Shown one piece after another: positions 25,240 to 38,936 of a DNA stretch of 64,000 nucleotides. Positions within the stretch are counted from its first letter, which is position 1. Each line of letters begins with the position of its first letter. Below the pieces are notes generated by a model. The model saw nothing but the letters and a program-made list of their open reading frames with translations. It was not told where the DNA came from and made no database searches. The stretch spans positions 20,400,915-20,464,914 of the forward strand of contig NC_057718.1 of assembly GCF_004010195.1 (NCBI RefSeq), in the 5' to 3' direction. Position numbers and translations under genes: made by a program. Source of the DNA: Chiloscyllium plagiosum. Its lineage: Eukaryota.

Positions 25240-27370
25240 TTTCTAGCCAAGCTGTTGTAATGCAGTTATAAAGTTGGCATCTACCTGAAAATGTGGAAAA
25301 TTGCTAAGGTATGTCCAGCCACAAAAAGCATATAAAAATCCAATCTGGCCTGTCACTACTCCATTAGCTGACCCTTGATTATCAGAAAAATAATGGAAAG
25401 GTTTTTTAGTGACAGAGCTATGAAATGACACTTCCCAAGTAATAACTTCTTCCCAGCTTAGGGTTCTGCGAATGCCATTCCACACCTGATTGAGCTTCAG
25501 TCCAAATATAGAAGGAAAAACTGAATTCTATCAGATGCTGCCTTGATGTCGAGGGCGGTCACTCTCCTCTTATGTATGGAATGAAGGACCATTGCAAACT
25601 TAGACCATGGTTAACAAGGGGAAAATTCACATGAATCAAGAATTGGCTTGAGGTATTGGATGTTACAAAGGCACTTCTAAACATTTGTCCATGCAATGTG
25701 CATGTCACTTGCTAGGACAGCATTTAGTCCCCATCATAAATTTCCCAGCAGAGTCATACCTATTTGGAGTCATGTCTAGCAAAATGGATGATTGCACAAT
25801 GTTCAGCACCTTTCACAAGTCCTAAGATACTGAAGCAGTCCATGTTCAAATGTAGCAAGATCTGGACAATATCCACGTGTGGGCTAACATTCACACCACA
25901 CAAATGCCAGGCTGTGACCATCACGAATAACAATCTAACCACTGCCTCGTGGCATTCAATGGTGTTACCATCACTGAATTCCCCAGTATCAACATCCTGG
26001 AGGTTTTCATTGACCAAAAATTCAACTGGACTCCCCACATAAATACAGTGGCTACAAGAGCAGGTCCGAGGCTGGGAATACTGCAGTGAATGACTGCTCC
26101 TGACTCCTCAAAGCCTGTCCACCATCTACAAGGAACAAGTCAAGAGTGTGATGGAATATTCCCCATTTGCCTGAATGAATGCAGCCCCAAAAACACTCAA
26201 GAAGTTTGACACCATCTAGGACAAAGCAGCCCACTTTATTAGCAGTACATTCACAAGCATCCACTCCCTTCTCAAGTTATGCTCAGTAGTAGCAATGTGT
26301 ACTATCTACAAAATGCACTGGAAAAATTCACCAAAGATCCTCAGGTGGCACCTTCCAAACCCACAAACACTTCAAAGGACAAGGGAAGCAGATATGTGGG
26401 AACACCACCAACTTCAAGTTCCCCTCCAAGCCACTCACTGTCCTGACTTGGAAATATTTTGCTGTTCCATCACTATTGCTGGGTCAAAATCCTGTATTTC
26501 AACTCCCTATTGGCATTGTGGGTCAACCCAAAGCAGGTGGACAGCAGCGGTTCAAGAAGGCAGCTTACCACCATCTTCTAAAGGACAACTTGGCACAGGC
26601 AATAAATGTTGTCCAGCCAACAAAATTCCACATCCCACAAATGATTTGTTAGAAATTGGAAGATAATTATTAGAGGCCAATCAGTAAGTGCAAGATTGTC
26701 ACTGCAGGGGTCCTAGACCTATCCAACTGCTTTATCAATGAGCTGAACTGGACCAACTATTCAAATACTGTGATTACAAAAGCAGTTTAGAGACTGGAAA
26801 TTCTGAGAAGAGTAAATCCCCACCTGACTGGGAAATTCTTAGAAAAGTAACTCACCGGCTGACTCGCCAAAGCCTGTCTGACATCTACAAGGCACAAGCC
26901 AGGAATGTTACAGAATACACTCAAATTGCCTGGGTCAGTGTGTATAAAACAACGTTCAAAACTATACACCATATAGACAAATGGATGACTTGTTTGGCAC
27001 TCCATCCACTGTATTAAACATTCCCAATGATGCATTGACATCAATGTATTATATACAAGATGCACTACAAATAATTCAACAAGGCTTCCTTGGCAATACC
27101 TTCCAAACCAGCAGTGTCTACTGCTTAGAAGGCCTGTAGCAACACATTAATGGAAGTCCTGTCACCTGCAAATTCTCCAAGCTTGACTTGGAACTGTATT
27201 GCTGTCTCTTCAATGTTGCCGGATCAAAATCTTGAACACCTTCCTAGCAGCACTTTGAGAGTACTTGCACCAGACTGTAACAGTTCAAGATGAACCTCCT
27301 CACTAGCTTAAGAACAATTTGGTATGGGTAACAAATATTGGTCTTGCCGATGACGGTTACCTCCAGTGAA
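25240..27370 (+). mobile_element. Two tandem degenerate CR1/L2-like LINE 3' fragments
   Basis: TFTPHKCQAVTI and catctacaagg..caagtca motifs. 26770-27370 repeats 26030-26640, and a related copy lies at about 62150-62650. Confidence 0.6.
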
Positions 27371-27875
27371 AGAATAAAAAAAAGTCTTACAAATGAAGGA
27401 ATCCATGATCAATGCTTCAAAATGTCTAGAAAGCAGGAAAAGGTAGTCAAACTTAAAATTTAAACGGATATTATGAAGCAGTTATTAACTCAATGATAAA
27501 TACTTTGAATAATCTACCAAGCAAATTACTAAAGATTAGAACATTGGGCCTGTAAAAATGCAATTCAATGAATAAAGTAGCCATGTATTTTTCCTGATTT
27601 CTGTTCTTAACTGTGAAAGTGTTTGAATTCTAATCATGAAAATAGTAAGTAACCGTCCTTCATGAAGTGGCAAATCTTTATTTTGCTCATCAATAATTTT
27701 GTTATGTGGGAAAAGTTCAATAGTGGAAGAACAGCTATGAACCTTCCAACATCATCAAGAAGATTCAGGTTACATTCTGAACCCTAGACTAATACTCCAG
27801 AGTTGCGTATCTTGTAAATGAACTGGTGTATAAACAACCCTTTTTCATTGGAGTATTCTTCTTTTCCAATTGCAG

Positions 27876-28129
27876 TCATCACACAGGCATGGGATTGGCA
27901 CTTTTTATGGTCATCCTAAAGAATTTCATCCCTGTGATGCATATAGCAGATTCTCAGTAGCCGCAAATCCATTTAGATGTACATCAGCGCCAACTAGGCT
28001 GATTCTTCAGAACATTCCAGATCAGGAGAGTTATGACAGTCAAGTGCAGTCTGAGATCAGCAGCACAAGCAGCCCGGAAACACCCACTGAAAGCACGAGA
28101 AAACCAGTTATCAGGAGAAAAGTATTACG
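27876..28129 (+). CDS. HYLS1: HYLS1 coding exon 4 (...DAYSRFSVA...RKPVIRRKVLR)
   Basis: Lies inside ORF 27870-28142. tgcag acceptor, CG|gtatgt donor. Resembles human HYLS1 YDPYSKASVA and RKPVMKRKVLRR. Confidence 0.92.
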
Positions 28130-28217
28130 GTATGTTAAATAAAAACTAGCTTTTAACTGAATTGAAAATATGCTATTGATGAGATCAGATTAATGAAACC
28201 TGAATGTTTTGTTACCT

Positions 28218-31200
28218 TAGAGTCATGGAATCATAGAGATGTACAGCATGGAAACAGACCCTTCGGTCCAACCAGTCCATGCCGACCAGATATCTCAACC
28301 CAATCTAGTCCCACCTGCTAGCATCTGGCCCATATCCCTCCAACCCTTCCTATTCATATACCCATCCAAATGGCTCTTAAATATTGCAATTGTACCAGCC
28401 TCCACCACATCCTCTGGCAGCTCATTCCATACACGTACCACCCTCTGCGTGAAAAAGTTGCCCCTTAGATCTCTTTCATATCTTTCCCCTCTCACACTAA
28501 ATCTATGCCCTCTAGTTCTGGACTCCCCGACCCCAGGGAAAAGACTTTGNNNNNNNNNNNNNNNNNNNNNNNNNNNNNNNNNNNNNNNNNNNNNNNNNNN
28601 NNNNNNNNNNNNNNNNNNNNNNNNNNNNNNNNNNNNNNNNNNNNNNNNNNNNNNNNNNNNNNNNNNNNNNNNNNNNNNNNNNNNNNNNNNNNNNNNNNNN
28701 NNNNNNNNNNNNNNNNNNNNNNNNNNNNNNNNNNNNNNNNNNNNNNNNNNNNNNNNNNNNNNNNNNNNNNNNNNNNNNNNNNNNNNNNNNNNNNNNNNNN
28801 NNNNNNNNNNNNNNNNNNNNNNNNNNNNNNNNNNNNNNNNNNNNNNNNNNNNNNNNNNNNNNNNNNNNNNNNNNNNNNNNNNNNNNNNNNNNNNNNNNNN
28901 NNNNNNNNNNNNNNNNNNNNNNNNNNNNNNNNNNNNNNNNNNNNNNNNNNNNNNNNNNNNNNNNNNNNNNNNNNNNNNNNNNNNNNNNNNNNNNNNNNNN
29001 NNNNNNNNNNNNNNNNNNNNNNNNNNNNNNNNNNNNNNNNNNNNNNNTCCAGTCTGAAAAACAACCCTCCACCACCATCCTCTGTCTTCTACCTTTGAGC
29101 CAGTTCTGTATCCAAATGGCTAGTTCTCCCTGTATTCCATGAGATCTAACCTTGCTAATCAGTCTCCCATGGGGAACCTTGTCGAACGCCTTACTGAAGT
29201 CCATGTAGATCACATCTACTGCTCTGCACTCCTCAATCTTCTTTGTTACTTCTTCAAAAAACTCAATCAAGTTTGTGAGCCATGATTTCCCACGCACAAA
29301 GCCATGTTGACTATCCCGAATCAGTCCTTGTCTTTCCAAATACATGTGCATCCTGTCCCTCAGAATTCCCTCCAACAACTTGCCCACAACCGAGGTCAGG
29401 GTCACTGGTCTATAGTTCCCTGGCTTGTCCTTACCACCTTTCTTAAACAGTTGCACCACGTTTGCCAACCTCCAATCTTCCGGCACCTCACCTTTGACTA
29501 TTGATGATACAAATATCTCAGCAAGAGGCCCAGCAATCACTTCTCTCACCTCCCACAGAGTTCTCGGGTACACCTGATCGGGTCCTGGGGATTTATCCAC
29601 TTTTAACCGTTTCTAGACATCCAGCACTTCCTCTTCTGTAATATGGACATTTTGCAAGATGTCACCATCTATTTCCCTACAGTCTATATCTTCCATATCC
29701 TTTTCCACAGTAAGTACTGATGCAAAATATTCATTTAGTATCTCCCCATTTTCAGTGGCTCCTCACAAAGGCCACCTTGCTGATCTTTGAGGGGCTCTAT
29801 TCTCTCACTAGTTACCTTTTTGTCGTTAATATATTTGTAAAACCCCTTTGGATTCTCCTTAATTCTGTTTGCCAAAGCTATCTCATGTCCCCGTTTTGCC
29901 CTCCTGATTTCCATCTTAAGAATACTCCTACTTTCTTTATACCCTTCTAAGGAGTCACTCGATCTGTCCTGTCTGTACCTGACATATGCTTCTTTCTTTT
30001 TTCTTAACCAAACCCTCAATTTCTTTAGTCATCCAGCATTCCCTATACCTACCAGCCTTCCCTTTCACAGGATTATACTTTCTCTGGATTCTTGTTATCT
30101 CATTTCTGAAGGCTTCCCATTTTCCAACCATCCCTTTACCTGCGAACATCTGCCTCCAATCAGCTTTTGAAAGTTCTTGCCTAATACCGTCAAAATTGGC
30201 CTTTCTCCAATTTAGAACTTCAACTTTTAGATCTGGTCTATCCTTTTCCATCACTATTTTAAAACAAATAGAATTATGGTCACTGGCCCCAAAGTGCTCC
30301 CCCACTGACACCTCAGTCACCTGCCCTGCCTTATTTCCCAAGAGTAGGTCAAGTGTTGCACCTTCTCTAGTAGGTACATCCACATACTGAATCAGAAAAT
30401 TGTCCTGTACACACTTAAGAAATTCCTCTCCACCTAAATCTTTAACACTGTGGCAGTCCCAGTTGATGTTTAGGAAGTTAAAATCCCCTACCATAACTAC
30501 CCTATTATTCTTACAGATAACTGAGATCTCCTTACACGTTTGTTTCTCAATTTCCCTCTGACTATTGGGGAGTCTTTAATACAATCCCAATAAAGTGATT
30601 ATCCCTTTCTTATTTCTCAGTTCCACCCAAATAACTTCCCTGGATGTATTTCCGGGAATATCCTCCCTTAGCACAGCTATAATGCTATCCCTTATCAAAA
30701 ATGCCACTCCCCCTCCTCTCTTGCCTCCCTTTCTATCCTTCCTGTAGCATTTGTATCCTGGAACATTCAGCTGCCAGTCCTGCCCATCCCTGAACCATGT
30801 TTCCATAATTGCTATGATATCCCAGTCCCATGTTCCTAACCATGCCCTGAGTTCGTCTGCCTTCCCTGTTAGGCCTCTTGCATTGAAATAAATGCAGTTT
30901 AATTTATTAGACCTACCTTGTCCATGCCTGCCCTGACTGTTTGACTCACTTCTGTTCTCAGCTGTACCCGTCTCAGATCGATCTCTTTCCTCACTATCTC
31001 CCTGGGTCCCACCCACCTTACTAGTTTAAATCCTCCCAAGCAGTTCTAGTAAATTTCCGTGCCAGTATGTTAGTCCCCTTCCAATTTAGGTGCAATCCGT
31101 CCTTCTTGTCCAGGTCACTTCTACCCCAAAAGAGATTCCAATGATTCAAAAATGTGAATCCTCCTCCCATACACCAGCTCCTCAGCCATGCATTCATCTG

Positions 31201-32530
31201 CTCTATTCTCCTATTCCTGCCCTCACTTGCTTGTAGCACTGGGAGTAATCCAGATATATATACCCTTGAGGACCTCCTTTTTAAAATTCTACCTAACTCT
31301 CTGTAATCTCCCTTCAGAGTCTCAACCTTTTTCCTTCCAATGTCGTTGGTTCCAATGTGGACAATGACCTCCTGCTGGCCCCTCTCCCCCGTGAGAACAT
31401 TCTGCACCCTCTCTGAGACATTCTTCATTCTGGCACCAGAGAAACAACACACCATTCTGCTTTTTCTCTGTTGGCCACAGAAACGTCTGTCTGTACCTCG
31501 GACTACAGAATCCCCTAACACAATTGATCTCTTGGAAGCCGACATACCCCTCGTTGCATTAGAGCCAGTCTCAATACCAGAAACTTGGCTGTTTGTGCTA
31601 CTTTCCCCTGAGAATCCATCACCCCCTACATTTTCCAAAACAGCATACCTATTTGAAATGGGTATATCCACAAAAGACTCCTGCTCTAGCTGCCTACCTC
31701 TCTTACCCTTCCTGGAGTTAACCCATCTATGTGACTGTATCTGAGAGTTTCCCCCCTTTCTATAACTGCCATCCATTACATACTGTAGCTGTTGCAAATT
31801 CCTCATCACTTCTATTTGTCTCCAACGGATCCACTCGATCTGATAAGATTTGCATCCAACAGCATTTATGGCAGATATAATCCGCCGTAACCCTTAAACT
31901 CTCTTTAAACTCCCTCACCTGACAAGAAGTACATATTACTGCAAAGGTCATTTTTGCTCCTTCACAATCTACAGACCCAGAAAATAACTCCGTCTTATTT
32001 CTCTACAAACACTGCCCCAGGTTAAATTAATAGCTATGGCTTATATTTTAAGTTTAATCAAGACGCTTATCTCCAAAAACATATAATCAAGAAAGAATCC
32101 ACTGTACCCACTACTGCAGCCTTTCTATTGGACATACTTAAAACAACAATGAACTTATCTGATTCTGTGCTGTGAACTTCGCCCAACAGTTCCTCCAAGA
32201 TTAGTTGTGACTTTCACTGTTTGTTAATTTTCCCAGATGCACTCCGATGTCCAGCAATACACGAATTCAAACAGCAAAGGCGGTAACTGTGCCGATTTTT
32301 TCTCTCTCTCTCTCTCTCTCTCGCCTGCACTGTCCTCACCATGTGCTTCCTTTGTCTGCCCTTCTCCCTTTTTAAACTGCTGTTGTTTTGACTTTTTTTT
32401 CCAAAGTTCCAAACAATGCAACAGCATATAAAACAGTAATTGCTGCTTCTGAAATTCGAGGAAATCACCTCCAACACCTAAAATACCCCAAAAAAAGGAG
32501 CAGCTCTTACAGCCAGAAATTTTTCCTGTC
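28218..32530 (-). mobile_element. Near full-length CR1 LINE: 5' UTR, ORF1 (Cys-rich N-terminus plus SGNH esterase), ORF2 (APE plus RT)
   Basis: ORF1 31951-31021 has CTSC..CHKC, VLGDS, VHIGTND and DGLHLN. ORF2 starts near 30900 (IYFNARGL, ETW, GGGVA, SDH, KSPGPD, DFSKAFDKVPH). A few frameshifts; the gap hides part of the RT. Confidence 0.95.
28550..29047. other. Assembly gap (498 N)
   Basis: Run of n inside the CR1. Confidence 1.
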
Positions 32531-33989
32531 CTCCATCTTGGATTACCCAGAATTTGTCCTTAAGTGATTTCTTTTTTAATCACTAAATTAAATATTTGCT
32601 GTATTCCAGTAAAATTCAGGGTTCAGGGATTGCCAATTTTAAAAAAACATGTAGTTGTAAAAGAAATTGAACAAAAACATACCTTATTGAATACTGCAAT
32701 CTGTGGAGCTTTAGAACATCTCTACCTTTTAACTCTCCTCTCTATAAACACAAGGAGAAATTTTACTTAAGCCTTCAGCCAATTATTTGATAATCATTTC
32801 AGACTAGTGACATTGGTATCCTAGCTGGAGACAGCGCCTGGGAAATAGACGTCAGAAATTTCAATAATGGAGCACCTGGAATGTGGGTTTGTGGATAGTA
32901 CACACTTTACCGTAGTTAGATTAGCTAGTTTGAGAATAGAAATGATTTTGTTCAGAAATAGACTGTATTCAATTACCAGCTGTTTCAGCTAAGATGAGGT
33001 GTTGAAATAATTTTTAGAATCCTGAATTTCTATGGTAACTTTGAAATGATCTTAAGTAGGCCAATTTCATTTGTAGAATTTGAGTGCTAAACAATGTAGC
33101 ATGTAGAATCTATTGGAACTACTGTGCATTTCTATGTCACAATATTCTGAATAAAATTAGAAGCTTCTAACATTTTGTTTCTAGAGCGGAAATGTTTTAA
33201 ACTTGCAGATTAAATAGCTGTGATACTACTGTGAAAGTTGTCAGGATGTTGATTTTATAAGCTTGCAGATGAAATGGTCAAATGTATTTTGTTAACATGG
33301 TTATTTACCATATTTTGACTTTAGCATTATTCTTATTTGAGGGGGAGGGATTTCTCGTCTTTGACTCTGTCCATGACCTTGGACTTGCAATAATTTGCAG
33401 GGTAGTAAGGCTTTTTCTGTATGGCTTCCTACAATCAACAAGCAGCCAGTGACTCTCCACAACTATACTACTGGAGCTGATTACAGAAACTCTTTTTGAA
33501 ATCTTATCAGTCACAACTGCAGCTGCTTAGAACTTCCAATATATCAGCATTCTTCAACTGTAGCAATAATTTATTTTTGCCACAGCCTGTTCAATATGAC
33601 ATTACCACTGTGTTTTGGCTTCAACTGTTTCCATAATTTGAATGATTTAGATTTTGGGACAGTAGGCCACATAGTCCAATCTGCTGATGGACAAAGATGG
33701 GCAGCATTGTAAGCAGAATAGACGGAGCATAACATTGTAAAAAGATGCTGATACATTAACTAAATGAGCAAAGTGGTCATGTTTTTCAATCTGAGATAAT
33801 GTTCAGACTGTAACAGTGTACCCTCTAAATGGAGGCAAAGTAGAAACTGGAGGTCCACAGAGATTTGGGGAAGAGAAAGAGGTCTCCAACTATATAAACC
33901 ATTCAATTTTTATGACTAGGTTCAGAAAATGACTCCATTCTAATGGAATGCTGGCCTTTAAATCTAAAGGAATAAAATGCAGGAGAATA

Positions 33990-34205
33990 CAGGTTGTTCT
34001 GCTATAACGTGCATTTCATTAATGTGAATTCACTATAATGCAGTTGATGAATTGTTCACTGTTCCTAAAGTGTGAACTTTTAAAGCATGTATTGGTTATA
34101 ATGCGATTCCAGCCCCATTAGTTTATTTGGTGCTGCTATTACATGATTTTCTTAAACACCTGTTTGCACGAGAATGGAACTATCACATTCTAGCAGAACT
34201 GACTG
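33990..34205. mobile_element. Tc1/pogo (Tigger-like) MITE
   Basis: 22-bp imperfect TIRs caggttgttctgctataacgtg / cacattctagcagaactgactg (17/22 match), preceded by TA; interrupts an old CR1 tail. Confidence 0.65.
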
Positions 34206-36184
34206 TGCAAGTCAATGCAGTAGCTGTACAAAGTCTCTGGTTACCACACCTGGAGTACTGTGAGCAGTTCTTAATACCACACCTTTGGTAGGATATAATG
34301 GCATTTGAGAGAGTGCATTGAACATTTACCCGAATAATATCTGGACTCTAAGACACACCTCCAGAATTTAAAAGGTAAGTGGTGTTTTGATCAATGTTGT
34401 TCAAGAGGAACGAAGAGTTTCTATCTGTACAATTTCCATTGGTTATGAGAATCTAGGACTAAGGACCATAACCAAAAATCAAAACCATACATTTTAAGAG
34501 TAAATTAGGCAGAAGTTTAGAACACTGATCTGTAAATGACAATTGATTTGTAATTGTAAGTTATGAAAGTGAGATTGATTTAATACTCCTGTTATCAAGA
34601 ATAATGAGGGATACAGGACAAAGGTGTGTATATATAGGGAGTAGAATGGCAGAACAGCTGTGATCCTGTTGGATGCCTAAACAGGCTTGTATTTCTTCTG
34701 TAAATTTAAGCTACCTCAACTCCACAATCACTGTATAGCTCTTTATCAGCCATTTTTCATATGCGACTCTGGTCGAGCATGATGTTTGCTTTTGACCAGA
34801 CTGATTGTTTGGAATTCTGCTCCCCAGAAAGCAGTGGGGGCCAGTATTCAAGCTGAGCTTGATTACAAATTAAGCAGTAACTAATTTCCCACTGGATTTA
34901 GTGAATTGGGTTTAGTGAATAGTTGATATACACACCCAAGAAAACCTCCACATCAAACCTTGTATATGACTACAGTATTTCAAATTATTCATTTATAGTT
35001 TAAATTAATGTAAAAGTATTAAATATTGTTATGTCAAGATCCTTTAAAAACTGAATTTTCCTAGTATTTACTGTTAGCAAGATATTTCACTGAAAAGCTA
35101 TTATAGCAGTACTTTCCAAAATTCTAGCATATCAAAATAGGTCACAATGCCTATTGGATTAGCATCAACAATTGTTTGGCACCAAACACACCCTATTATC
35201 GATCTATTGTTTTCGAAAATAAGTATTTCTTCTTAAAAGGAATTAAAACTGACCCTCCGATGAAGGCAGACAAGGGATCAGTGATCAACAAACAGCATGA
35301 GTAGCTGTCCCATAGCCACTGACCTAAAGAATTCAGAAAATTGATTGACACACAAAAAATAATTTGACCCAAGAAATATGATATAACAATAAGTGCTCAG
35401 GGCAGAGGAAAATTTTTCTTTAGTTCTGATCAAGCAGAACTGGTAGGCAGCAGTTCTTACTATGCAGCTGGAACAGACCAGAATGTGAGGAGGACGACAA
35501 AGAGAAGAGTTCCCCAACAGCTTGACTAGAGAGTAGGATGCTGCTCTCACTGCTTCGAGACTGAAGCATTCTGTCCTGACAATCTGTTAGTCCTTTGATA
35601 TTAGTGAACCATCCCCACTTGTCACTGTAATTTCTTTATCTAATTAACTAACATATCACATCTAAACTGCTATTGCTTAACAAAATTAATAAACTATCAG
35701 AAAATTACTTGCAGATTGTCGACTGTCTATATTAATAACTGTGAGCATGAACTTCTAAAATCAACAATACCACATTACAGAAATGCTTAATGGTATTAAA
35801 TTATATCTGCTGTTCTTCCCTTCTGTGAACAATGCCAGATTTGTGAATGATGCATCAATACATTGTACAACATGGAATTCAACTTCTTTCTCCCAGTTGC
35901 TGCTAATTTGGCTAACCTTAGAAAATGTTTTTGCAAATCTGAAAAGTAGAAGAAATACTTTAAAAATGTAAATATCTAGTTATTAATAGTCAATGCATCT
36001 AAATTTAAATATTTTAATTTGGTGTGAAGTTTACATTTCAAAAGAAAACAATGTAATGTTTTGGGGCTGATTTTGTTTCTTATTTTTGTATCCAGTAGTG
36101 CCAGTTTGTATTGCATTGCTTAGGTATGAAGATCACTGTGCTTTCATAAAATATTTGGAAAGTTTACTTCTCTATGTATTTCAG

Positions 36185-36243
36185 GAAGAAGAATGGACAA
36201 ACACATGTTTGTGATGAATCAGTCATCAGTGAGACTGACTCTG
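36185..36243 (+). CDS. HYLS1: HYLS1 coding exon 5 (RKKNGQTHVCDESVISETDS)
   Basis: tttcag acceptor, G|gtaagt donor, phase 2-1. Resembles human [20 protein letters not shown]. Confidence 0.92.
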
Positions 36244-38936
36244 GTAAGTATAATGCACTAGTTATTTGTCACTTGTTGCGGTGCATTTTATAAGCTTTTT
36301 CTTGTTTCTGAAGTATGGCACACTTCATTAGGTAGATTGGTTGAAATGAGATTTGTTTCTGTTCAGGCATTGGCTCTGCAGTGATTAAATATTGCTTAAA
36401 ATCATTGTGTCCTAAGCCTCTTACCTTTATTCCCTTCCTGAAAGAGTGATTAAGCTTCTCCATCTGCTGACCAATAGACAGTGTTGTTCTTAAATTGTTA
36501 GTTGTTAAAGATGAGTGTAGAAAACTAGCAATCATGCATAAATCAATGAATGGTCACTCACTGATAAATGGCAGTCATTGGAAAAAAACAACATTTCTTT
36601 TGGTTTGAAGCATTAAATCAAGACGACTGTAAAATCCACTTTGGATCACAGAATGTTCCAGATTTTGGGTGATGTTGAAGAAAAGAGCTTGTTAGACCAT
36701 CTGACTGAGACTGATATTTTGAATCAAAGAAAGGAGAATTCACAGGATCAGACCATTGATGATTTAACCAGTTCTTTCAACCAGAATCTCCTGTTTGCAA
36801 TGGATAATGTAAGAAGTGATGGGTCATCTAATGCAGATATTGTCGGCCAGTGTAGCAGTCTCAATAGAAACCAATCTTCTAACTATACATTAACAACAGA
36901 TTTCAACAAACCACAAGATCTTTTGGTAAGAGCTAAAGTTTAAAATAGGGCTTGCTCATTTGTTTGTCTTTTTTCTGTTAATTTTTAATTTTCGTTGAGT
37001 ATTCAGGCAAATTTATATGTTTGGTGATTTAGAATAATGTGTGCTTGCTTTGATTATTTTTAATGGAAAATTTTAACTGAGACAGAAACTCATGTTTTAC
37101 AATCACACAGTTACTGGTTTGAACAATAATATATTCTTGCCACTGCTTCATTTGAGATCATGTAACTTGGATGTTGGACCTGTGGTTTTTTTCCCCCCCA
37201 AGTCAATGAAATAAATATTGTGTATTGATTATTGACAGTGAAGTCATATAGCATAATTATTGGGGCTAATAGGCTCAAAACATATAGGCATAAAGAAAGA
37301 ACAGAATACTGTGTTGAATGATCAGCCATGACCATATTGAATAGTGCAGCAGGTTTGAAAGGCAGAATAGCCTATTCCTACTTCCATTTTCTATATTTCC
37401 ATGACTACTTCCAATTTTAGCTACCTAGTATCAGTGCCCCCAGGTCACACATGAAGTGTTTAGATGCAGCGCTTTGCGCACTCGACCACAGCTCCAATTT
37501 TCCAGGAATTAGTACATCTCTAAAAGTTAAAATTGCAAGAATAAAACATTAGCCATACTATAACTTGTCGAGTAGCAAGTACTGCTGTTTAACATTTGTG
37601 ATGATAACTGTGTGTGTGTGTGTATGTGCATATTTCTGTAAAAGAGTTGGTATTGCCAAAGGACTGGCAGTTGAGATTCCTTTATTACAAAAAAAGAAAA
37701 CAAAAACCTGGAATTGGCTTTAACATTAATGAAACAAAGCATATCAGAATTTGAACTAATGTAAATGAAAGCAGACACCGGAAAGAGCAGGCATGTAGTC
37801 ATATTTTCAAAAGGCCTTTGATAATGTCCCTCACAATATTCTTAAAACAAAGTGGAGTCTGAGTGGACATTTGTAGTGGTTGAGAAATAACAAATTTTGG
37901 GAGTAAAAGACTGTGTGTTTCTTCAAATCGAAGAAAGCAGTATTCCACAAGAATCATTGCTTAGATCTGAGTTATTCATTATTTTGTAATATGTTTTCAC
38001 CAAGGAAGTCTGCCATCCTTACCTGGTCTGGGCCCATGTACGATTTCAGGTTCATAGTAATGTGGTTTTTCTTAACTGCACTAGAAATGGCTTTGCAAGC
38101 AACTCAATTCAAAGGCAATTACAGATAGGCAATGAATGTCAGCGTAGCCATCAGTGCTCTCATCAGTTTAAAAAAAAATTGAAAATAATTATATTTATTT
38201 TGGAATTAGGAATGAGTAATTCAATCAAGATTTGCAGATGATACCAAACTGAAGGAATAATAAGACTTAGAAGGAATACAACATAAAATTGCAGTAGTAA
38301 ACTTTCAGACTGTCTAGTTATGTCCCAAATGTACATTCAACATTCATAACTGAAAGGCAGTGTAACTTGGCAGGAAAAGCAGAAACATTCCCCATACCTT
38401 TAGAAATTGAATTCAGCTGAATAGTTAAGGGATCCAGCACACGAATGATGAACAGCAGGACCCTGGGGAGCAAGGAAGATAGTGGAGACCTTTGTATGTG
38501 TGTACACTGCTTCTTTAAGATATCAGGAGAAGTGGATAAAATGGTTAAGAAGGCATATGGAATAGTTTCTTGTGTTTGCCTAAACATAGAGTTTAACTGC
38601 AGGGAAGTTATACTGAAACTGTATAAAACATTGGTGAAATCGTAGCTAGAGTATCATGTGTAGTTCTAGAATTCACATTTATAGGATGGATATGATACCA
38701 CTGGAAAGGCTGCTGAGGAAATTTACCAGAATGTTGCCTGCGCTGGAGATTGAGGAGCATAGATAGTTTAGACAGGAAGAGACTTCTATCCTTGATGGAG
38801 TGATCAGTGACCAAGGGGCATAGATTTAAGGTAAGGGGATGTGAGGAAAACCTTTTTCATCCAGAGGGTATTCGGAATCTGGAACTCACTGACTACAAAG
38901 GTGGTAGAGGCAGATACTCTCATAACATTTAAGAAT

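Noticed and set aside
28239..29600. Long ORFs of 190-362 aa in the ORF track
   Set aside because: They run through the N gap; the real parts are CR1 ORF2 or its antisense.
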